Both the position numbers and the translations under genes were made by a program. 64,000 nt of DNA from a candidate division FCPU426 bacterium. GTDB taxonomy: Bacteria > Oederibacteriota > Muellerivitia > Muellerivitales > Muellerivitaceae. Of this stretch, positions 57,542-64,000 are shown in pieces; positions within the stretch are counted from its first letter, which is position 1, and each line of letters starts with the position of its first letter. The DNA lies in contig CAWKAR010000024.1 in assembly GCA_963847625.1 (NCBI GenBank), positions 1-64,000 of the forward strand, given 5' to 3'. Under the pieces are notes generated by a model, which did not search any database, had not been told where the DNA came from, and was given only the letters and a program-made list of their open reading frames with translations.

Positions 57542-58317
57542 CACAACCTCCCCTGGAAGTGGGCGCGGCCCTGATTTACAAGGACGGCCGGTACCTCATT
57601 ACCCAGCGAAAACCGGATGATTCCTTCGGGGGTTTTTGGGAGCTCCCGGGGGGAAAAAAAGAACCCACGGAAACCCTGAGGCAATGCATCGTCCGGGAGA
57701 TCAAGGAAGAACTGGATCTCGAGGTGGAAGTCCTGAAGTTCTACAAGATCGTCAACTACCACTACACCGCGCGGACCGTGAGGCTCAACATCTTCCTTTG
57801 CCGCATCGTCGGGGGCGAACCCAAGAAAATCGAGGTCGCCGATTTCGCCTGGGCCCTGCCCCAGGAACTTTCCAAATTCAATTTTCCAGATGCCGACCAG
57901 ACCCTTATCCGGGAATTGGCCGGAAAGGACTGGGAAGCGGAGAATAAAGCCCCCTATCCCCACGAATACCTGGAGGGAATCCGGCTTTTCAACAAGGGGG
58001 AATATTTCGAGTGCCACGAGATGGTCGAGGATATCTGGAAGAGGTCCGAGGGGCTGGATCAACAGCATTACCAGGGGATCATCCAGTTGGCGGTCGCCTT
58101 GAACCATTACCAGAACGGCAATTTCCAAGGGGCCATGGGGCTTTACGGGAAAGCCTGCGAGAAATGGGACCGCCTGCCCGCCAATTACATGGGTCTTGAT
58201 TTGAAGGCCCTCAGGGAAAAAGCGGATGCCTTCTTCGGGCAAGTCCAAAAAGCCGGAGCCCATGGCATGGGGCAGGTAGATTTGAACCTTGCGCCGAGAA
58301 TTCCCAAGCCGGTTTGA
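57538..58317 (+). CDS. MutT-like NUDIX hydrolase fused to DUF309
   Basis: WELPGGKKE..ET...REIKEE Nudix box; LFNKGEYFECHEMVEDIW and QGIIQLAVA..H. Confidence 0.85.
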   Translation: MTQPPLEVGAALIYKDGRYLITQRKPDDSFGGFWELPGGKKEPTETLRQCIVREIKEELDLEVEVLKFYKIVNYHYTARTVRLNIFLCRIVGGEPKKIEVADFAWALPQELSKFNFPDADQTLIRELAGKDWEAENKAPYPHEYLEGIRLFNKGEYFECHEMVEDIWKRSEGLDQQHYQGIIQLAVALNHYQNGNFQGAMGLYGKACEKWDRLPANYMGLDLKALREKADAFFGQVQKAGAHGMGQVDLNLAPRIPKPV

Positions 58318-58323
58318 GGCTTT

Positions 58324-59325
58324 TTAGAATGCCAATCCAATCCTTAAACCTGGCCCCCCGATAGGGTAAAAAGTAGTCCGTGGGCTATTATGGTATTCAG
58401 GATAACCGTATTGATCGTATGTATATGTTTCGCCATTATTATCGGAGTAAATGAAAAACCCGATACACCAATCCATCTCACAGTTCAGGTTGCCGGAATT
58501 GATAATTCCGAATCCGAATTTGAAATTGGGCAACAGCCAACTGGCGTTGTTGTACGGATCCAAGGAGTCCGTATAACTTCCAATATCGAAACCGAATCCC
58601 CAAAAAAAGGATAAGTCTTTGGGACTGCTATAAAACTTGATTCGTGGTTCAAAAGAAGAGTAATTATATTCACCCGCCGGAAGGTAACAAAAACTTAACC
58701 CAACATTTGTTCTCGGATCAAGGGAATAGCCAATATCCAGGCCGGTCAAGACCGGAGAACCGATAACCAATCCGATTTGGAACCGTTCATCGTCCCTCGC
58801 GAAATGGGCCATGCCAAAGTCGGCGACGTTTTTTTGTTCCCGTGTTAAGGTATGGGTCAATCCATACTGTCTCAAGGTTTCCTGGGATTCTGCCTGAAGA
58901 GAGACGCCGTCGTTGAACTGGTTGAGGGCAGAATCGGCGTCAGTCATTCCGCTTATGGCAGGATTTATTGAGGGAGGAGATGCAGACGAACCGGGATTGG
59001 GAGTGGCTTTTCGGATGGAGTCGGCAAAGCCTTGAAGTTTTGGATCGGGATGCAGCGCCAAAGCCCTGTCGTAAGCTGCCACAGCTTCAGGCCCTCGGTG
59101 GGTGAAGTAATAACAGTTCCCCAAATACACGTAAGCCGTCCAGTTGCCAGGATCCAATTTGATGGCGGTTTTGAATGAATCGATGGCTTGGATGTATTGC
59201 TTTTCTTGAAAGAAATTGAGGCCCGCTTGGAAATTTTTATCCGTGGTTTCGGCGCCCAAACAGGGATTGGCATTCCAGGTAAAAAATGAAAATAAAAGAA
59301 GGATTACGGGCAGATACTTTTTCAT
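58324..59325 (-). CDS. Exported TPR protein with probable beta-barrel-like C-terminus
   Basis: Signal peptide, TPRs, alternating aromatic beta-strands, terminal GLRIGLAF. Confidence 0.65.
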   Translation of the reverse strand: MKKYLPVILLLFSFFTWNANPCLGAETTDKNFQAGLNFFQEKQYIQAIDSFKTAIKLDPGNWTAYVYLGNCYYFTHRGPEAVAAYDRALALHPDPKLQGFADSIRKATPNPGSSASPPSINPAISGMTDADSALNQFNDGVSLQAESQETLRQYGLTHTLTREQKNVADFGMAHFARDDERFQIGLVIGSPVLTGLDIGYSLDPRTNVGLSFCYLPAGEYNYSSFEPRIKFYSSPKDLSFFWGFGFDIGSYTDSLDPYNNASWLLPNFKFGFGIINSGNLNCEMDWCIGFFIYSDNNGETYTYDQYGYPEYHNSPRTTFYPIGGPGLRIGLAF

Positions 59326-59414
59326 GAATACCTCACTGAATTTGATGTAAAAACAAGAAAAGTATAATGCGATTGCGATGGGAGAATAGGACGAAAATGA
59401 TTAGGCCTTTTTTC

Positions 59415-60329
59415 CTATAGGAATCCGCAGTTTCTTTTCCACATGGGGTATTTCACCCTTTCCAAGGCGCTGTTGGATGTGAGGGTTTTAAATTCACTCT
59501 CCGGCATTTGGGCCGCTTTTTCCCTGGTCAACTCAAGGATTTCCCTGCGCGGTTTGAAGGATTCCTCCCGGCCGGAGGGAGCGTTCGCGTTATAGGGGCA
59601 TACCGTCTGGCACAAGTCACAGCCCGCCAGGTACCCATGAAGGTTCGTATCCTTGGGAAAATTGGACCGATGTTCCAGTGTGAGATAGCTGATGCACTTG
59701 GTGGCGTTTAAAACCCCGGGCTCTTCCAGGGCACGCACGGGGCAGGCGTCCAGGCAGGAAGCGCAGGTTTTGCAGAGGTTACCTACGGGTTCATCATAAA
59801 CCAGATCCGCGTCCGTCAGGATTTCCCCCAGGAACAGGAAAGACCCGAATTTTTTATTGAGAAGCAAAGTGTTTTTGCCGATCCAACCCAAGCCAGCCTG
59901 GGCCGCGTAACTTCGTTCCAAGATGGGGCCGGTATCCACGTACCATTTCGCCTTGGCCCCGGGAACCAGTTCCCGGCAAAGATATTGGCTTAGGGCTTCC
60001 AGCTTTTCACCCAGGACCATGTGGTAGTCCTTCCCCCAGGCGTAGCAGGAAATGGGATGCTTTTCGAGAAGAGGATAATGCTTCGGTATCGGATTATAAC
60101 TAAGGGCCAGACAGAATAGGGATTTTGCGTCTGGAAGAAGCGACCGGGGATCGCCCCGTTCGGCCTTGCGCCTTTCCAAATAACCCATTTCCCCGGCGTA
60201 TCCCCGCCCCAGCCATTCGAGGTAATAAGAATAATCAAGTGAGGGAATCGCAGGGGTTGCCCCGGCCAGTTCAAAGCCGAGTGCGTGGGATTTTTCCTTG
60301 AGACTTTGGGTGACCCCGAGGGCATCCAT
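59415..60329 (-). CDS. queG: Epoxyqueuosine reductase
   Basis: YAWGKDYH, VDTGPILER..A..AGLGWIGKN, GSFLFLGEI, C..C..CLDACP, CISYLT.E, GCDLCQTVCP.N; start at ATG overlapping the upstream stop. Confidence 0.93.
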   Translation of the reverse strand: MDALGVTQSLKEKSHALGFELAGATPAIPSLDYSYYLEWLGRGYAGEMGYLERRKAERGDPRSLLPDAKSLFCLALSYNPIPKHYPLLEKHPISCYAWGKDYHMVLGEKLEALSQYLCRELVPGAKAKWYVDTGPILERSYAAQAGLGWIGKNTLLLNKKFGSFLFLGEILTDADLVYDEPVGNLCKTCASCLDACPVRALEEPGVLNATKCISYLTLEHRSNFPKDTNLHGYLAGCDLCQTVCPYNANAPSGREESFKPRREILELTREKAAQMPESEFKTLTSNSALERVKYPMWKRNCGFL

Positions 60330-60865
60330 CAAGACTTGAATTTGGAGTAGGTTTGTCCAACCGCGCTGGAAAAGGCCAGGACCGCGACCACTATGACCAG
60401 GATCCTGAGCTGGAGGGGGACAGCGAAATACGCCAAGACGGCCAAGAGCACCACCGCCCAGGAAAAAGCCAGCCAAAGATACTCGCCGATAGGACTTTTA
60501 GAAGGCTGGAGCTTCCGGACCTTGGCGGCGATTTCGAGGGCGTCAAAACTTTCCCCCGTGGAGGAATCAGTCACGGTGCCGCCCACTTCCGTGAGTAGGA
60601 TGTGGGTCAAGTGCAACCGGAGAATGGAGGAGGATGCGGGAGAATCGTTGGGGATACTTAGGGTAAATTGGGGATTTTCTTGGTTAAAAGTCATGTAACA
60701 TTCGATTTCCGGCGGGCCTGGCTCAAAAAAGCGGATGATTTCCCATTGGTCCACCGTGCCCGTGACGTTGATTTCCACGGGGATCCCTCGGTTATGAATC
60801 TCCTCCAAAAGGAAAGTCGCGGACGGCAAGCGCTTATTTCCCGGTTTGAGGATGTAATCAGACAT
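60329..60865 (-). CDS. Hypothetical protein with two C-terminal TM helices
   Basis: ORF translationally coupled to queG (TGATG). Confidence 0.6.
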   Translation of the reverse strand: MSDYILKPGNKRLPSATFLLEEIHNRGIPVEINVTGTVDQWEIIRFFEPGPPEIECYMTFNQENPQFTLSIPNDSPASSSILRLHLTHILLTEVGGTVTDSSTGESFDALEIAAKVRKLQPSKSPIGEYLWLAFSWAVVLLAVLAYFAVPLQLRILVIVVAVLAFSSAVGQTYSKFKS

Positions 60866-60956
60866 GGAAAACTCCGCGGAATTATTAAAGGGTGGAAAAA
60901 CCCCCGGAATCACTTTTCCGGTTGATTATAAACCCAACAGGGGGTTGGGTTGGCTA

Positions 60957-61171
60957 ACAGTTTTCTGAAAAAGTCCCTAAGACAGACTTTTTCCCTCATG
61001 CCACTTTGAAAATATATCAAAGGGCATGAGGACGTCCCCATTTTCCTGGTAAAAGTTCGAACAATGATAAATGGGGGCAGCTGACGATATTTATGGAAAC
61101 CCCACGATTCCTGCGGAATCTTTGGGTTCGCAGGCTGCTTTGTGGCCTATTTTTATTTTTTGGCAGCCTGC
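60957..61171. mobile_element. MITE with IS5/IS1182-like ends, copy 2 (with internal hairpin insert)
   Basis: Shares CTGAAAAAGTCC..AGACTTTT and ATTTATGG.AACCCCACGATTCC.GCGGAATCTTTGGG..AGGCTGCTTTGT..GGCAGCCT with 52381-52510. Confidence 0.65.
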
Positions 61172-61283
61172 TAAACAAAAAGAAGCGGAGAACGGATAAC
61201 CGCCTTTTTGTGCCTTTAACCGATTTGTTCCTTGGGTTGATTCATGGGCCCAATTAGGATTCGCACCTGGCAGGACTTAAACC

Positions 61284-62177
61284 CTAATTAGCCGAGGTCC
61301 TGAGGGCCCTGCGGGCGTTCCTGAGGCTCCAGGGATCGTTGTTTAAAACCAAAACCTTTTCGTAAAAGATCCTAGCCTCCCTCTTCTTTCCCAATTCCGC
61401 CAGGATATTCCCGATGTTGCACAGGACCAGGCTGTTTTGGGGGTCCTTTTGGCTGGCGATCAGGAGGTATTTCAGGGCGTGGGGCCAATCTTTTTCCTGG
61501 GCGAAATAAGCCGCCAGTGAGTTATAGGGAGCCGGATGATCCGGATAGAAGGTCATCGTCAACCTGGAAAGGCGGCGGGCTTTTTCGAGGCTTTGCGGCT
61601 CGCCCTGGTCCAGGTAATAGGACGTGTAGGCCTGGACGGATTCGGGAAGGAACCGCTTGGGCTGGTCCGGCAGTCCTTGGTTTTGAGTCCACCTTAATCT
61701 TTTGGGATGCCGTGAGCCGTATTGGAAGGACTGGACGAGAATACTGTATTGGGACTCGAAATCCCCCATGACCTGGTACAGGCGGGACAATTTATAGTAG
61801 ACATCCAGGCGGTCCGGGGAAACCCGCAGGGCATTTTTCCAGTATTCAGCCGCCTGCAACAGGGAAGGGAAGTCGTAATTCTTCCTCGCGGCGGATCCGG
61901 CGGCCCCGGAATAACGGATGACGACCTTATTCCTGGCCCGCTTTCTCCCGGAGGGAAAAATCCGGCTCCTTTCGGCATACTTGAAAATGTAGTCTCCACA
62001 CTCGATCAAACCTTCCACGTTTTGGCCGCCGGAATCACCCCATGTCCCGAGAATCGGCTCCAATTCCGGGAGGGGTCCTTTGGCCCGGGGTTCGAAAAAA
62101 GCCAGGCACAAATCGGCGGCTCCCAGGTAGAGCACGCCACACAGAAAACCAAAGGCGATATAAGAAAAAGGTTTCAT
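61284..62177 (-). CDS. TPR-repeat protein, membrane-anchored or exported
   Basis: N-terminal hydrophobic segment and several TPRs; start placed at ATG 62177 to avoid overlap. Confidence 0.7.
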   Translation of the reverse strand: MKPFSYIAFGFLCGVLYLGAADLCLAFFEPRAKGPLPELEPILGTWGDSGGQNVEGLIECGDYIFKYAERSRIFPSGRKRARNKVVIRYSGAAGSAARKNYDFPSLLQAAEYWKNALRVSPDRLDVYYKLSRLYQVMGDFESQYSILVQSFQYGSRHPKRLRWTQNQGLPDQPKRFLPESVQAYTSYYLDQGEPQSLEKARRLSRLTMTFYPDHPAPYNSLAAYFAQEKDWPHALKYLLIASQKDPQNSLVLCNIGNILAELGKKREARIFYEKVLVLNNDPWSLRNARRALRTSAN

Positions 62178-62236
62178 CCCGCCCCATTTCCGGTTTTGGG
62201 ATGAATCGAACTTCCGGGTTATTGAATTTCGAGGCA

Positions 62237-62731
62237 TCAAACGATCAAACCCGCTTCCCGGATGAGGAGAAAGAAATAAAAAGTTCCGCCGATGACGACG
62301 CCCAAATTGAAAAGGCTGGAGGCGAGGTGGGCCAAACCGAAGGAGCGGGTGAGTTCCGCCAACTTTCCAGGGGCCTGGCTGGATTCCTGGCGCAGGACCT
62401 GGATTTCCAACCTTAACCGCCCGGTCCTGGGGCCGATCCATAAACCTTGGGCAAGGGAAAAAAGCAGCATCAGGCAAAGAACGGTGATTTTAGCGCAATC
62501 CATCGGGGCGTAATGGCTCAGGGGATGGAGCAAGTGGAAAGTGAGTACCAGAAAAGCGCCACAGAGGTAGCTGATCCAGTAATAGATCGGAAAAAGACGG
62601 CTTTGGACCTCGCCAAAAAGCTGGTGGGAAAGCGTTTTGAAAAGCAGGGGGGCTTGGACAAAGGTGAAATAAAGCATGGTCCCGTACCAAAAAGTGAAAA
62701 CGAACAAATGCAAAATCCTCAAGTAGGCCAT
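62237..62731 (-). CDS. DUF4149 / TMEM205-like membrane protein
   Basis: FVQAPLLFKTL...FG..QSRLFPIY, F..AH..SS..N. Confidence 0.8.
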   Translation of the reverse strand: MAYLRILHLFVFTFWYGTMLYFTFVQAPLLFKTLSHQLFGEVQSRLFPIYYWISYLCGAFLVLTFHLLHPLSHYAPMDCAKITVLCLMLLFSLAQGLWIGPRTGRLRLEIQVLRQESSQAPGKLAELTRSFGLAHLASSLFNLGVVIGGTFYFFLLIREAGLIV

Positions 62732-62875
62732 TCATCACCCCGCATGGTTTTTTGTCATTGTAAAAGGGCTTGGAACGCTTGGCAATGCATTGGGTTTGAA
62801 CCCCGGCGGGAGTTGTTATAATACATTTTTCCCTGAGCCGTGGTTTAGCGCAACGAAACCAAACGATAAAGGATA

Positions 62876-63583
62876 ATGATGCCATATTTGGTGGAAGTAA
62901 AGAACCTGTCCAAGACCTACCTTGCCGAAGGGGGAAATGTCATGGCCTTGAAGGACGTGAGTTTCCGCGTCAAGGCCGGGGAATTCATCACCGTCACGGG
63001 CCCATCCGGTTGCGGCAAAAGCACACTCCTGCATCTGCTGGGGGGGATGGAGGTTCCCACCGGGGGGGAGATTCTATTTGACAGCCGCCCCCTTGAATCC
63101 TTCGGGGATAAGGAACTCAGCTTGTTCCGCCGTTCATCCGTGGGCTTCGTCTTCCAGTTTTTCAACCTTTTGGAAACCTTCACCGCCCTGGAAAACGTGG
63201 AATTACCGCTTTTGCTGGCGGGGCGTTCCAGGAAGGAGACCCGTAAAAAGGCGGAAAAAATCCTGGACCAGGTGGGCCTCCTCGACCAACGCCATCGCCG
63301 GCCCCACCAGCTTTCCGGGGGGGAACAGCAACGCGTGGCGATCGCCCGGGCGCTGGTCCATAGGCCCAAGCTTCTCCTGGCCGATGAGCCGACCGGAAAC
63401 CTCGATACCGCCAACGGCCAAGCCGTCCTGAAGATTCTTTCCCAGGTTGCCAAGTCGGAAGGAAGCGCCGTCCTGATGGCCACCCATAACCGTGAAACAG
63501 GCGGCATCGGAGATACCCACCTTTTCCTAAGGGACGGCCAGGTTACCGGCCTTTATCCCCAGAAGAAAAGCGCCCATGGGTAA
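62876..63583 (+). CDS. ABC transporter ATP-binding protein (LolD/MacB-like)
   Basis: [43 protein letters not shown]. Confidence 0.93.
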   Translation: MMPYLVEVKNLSKTYLAEGGNVMALKDVSFRVKAGEFITVTGPSGCGKSTLLHLLGGMEVPTGGEILFDSRPLESFGDKELSLFRRSSVGFVFQFFNLLETFTALENVELPLLLAGRSRKETRKKAEKILDQVGLLDQRHRRPHQLSGGEQQRVAIARALVHRPKLLLADEPTGNLDTANGQAVLKILSQVAKSEGSAVLMATHNRETGGIGDTHLFLRDGQVTGLYPQKKSAHG

Positions 63584-64000
63584 ACCCGGCCTCCTCCGGT
63601 TGTTTTCCCGCTTGGTTTTCCGGCATTTCCAGCAGGACCCTATCCGATGCCTCCTGACCCTGTTGGGGATTTCCCTGGGAATCGCCCTCGTGACGGCCAT
63701 CCGCCTGTCCAGCGGCGCGGTCCTTTCCTCGTTCGAGGATTCGGTGGACCTCATGGCGGGCAAGGCCAACCTGACGGTGCGCCAGAAGGGGGTGCCTTTC
63801 ACCGAGGAATGGATGGCCCGGCTGGCTCCAAGCCGAAAACCCGGGGCCATCCTGATGCCTGTGGTTTGGGGCAAGCTCGCGGCCGCCGAAAACCCAAAGG
63901 ACCTGTTATCGGTATTGGGGACCGACCTTCTCAAGGATGACCAGATCCGGGACTACGAGGTTTTGGGCAAGGATGACAAGCCGCTGGGGCGGGAAGATTT
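63576..64000 (+). CDS. ABC transporter permease (FtsX/MacB-like), truncated by the window end
   Basis: [37 protein letters not shown]..., overlapping the ATPase stop. Confidence 0.8.
   Translation, partial: MGKPGLLRLFSRLVFRHFQQDPIRCLLTLLGISLGIALVTAIRLSSGAVLSSFEDSVDLMAGKANLTVRQKGVPFTEEWMARLAPSRKPGAILMPVVWGKLAAAENPKDLLSVLGTDLLKDDQIRDYEVLGKDDKPLGRED

Overview
Bacterial chromosomal window with mosaic GC. It has no rRNA, tRNA or CRISPR array that I can support. Core genes: 2-oxoacid:ferredoxin oxidoreductase alpha/beta with a TrxB-type ferredoxin-NADP reductase, two pilT paralogues (the second split by a +1 frameshift), cstA, an MFS transporter, a ChlI/MoxR-like AAA ATPase and VWA pair, a two-domain ThyX-like protein, mqnD, queG and an ABC exporter. 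A surface/glycan block (11.9-37 kb) holds five GT-C-type membrane glycosyltransferase + TPR genes. It also holds two large secreted Pro/Thr-linker proteins (an NHL-repeat protein and a GH9 cellulase) that share a T9SS-CTD-like C-terminal domain. A low-GC candidate anti-phage pair at 37.2-42.3 kb consists of a zinc-hook ABC/SMC ATPase with a HEPN-like tail and a SIR2-like gene. The SIR2-like gene lies between two related REP-like hairpins and is cleanly interrupted by an IS30 element (3-bp TSD; a second apparently identical copy is at 49.7 kb). Next to this pair is an unexplained ~1-kb non-coding region with 13 ATTGTGCC sites around an AT-rich core, followed by a strand-biased GGGTTATC repeat tract. 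Intergenic spaces carry several nested MITE/REP families, and there is a candidate ~95-nt structured ncRNA at ~6.0 kb. All product calls come from motif recognition by eye, not from database searches.
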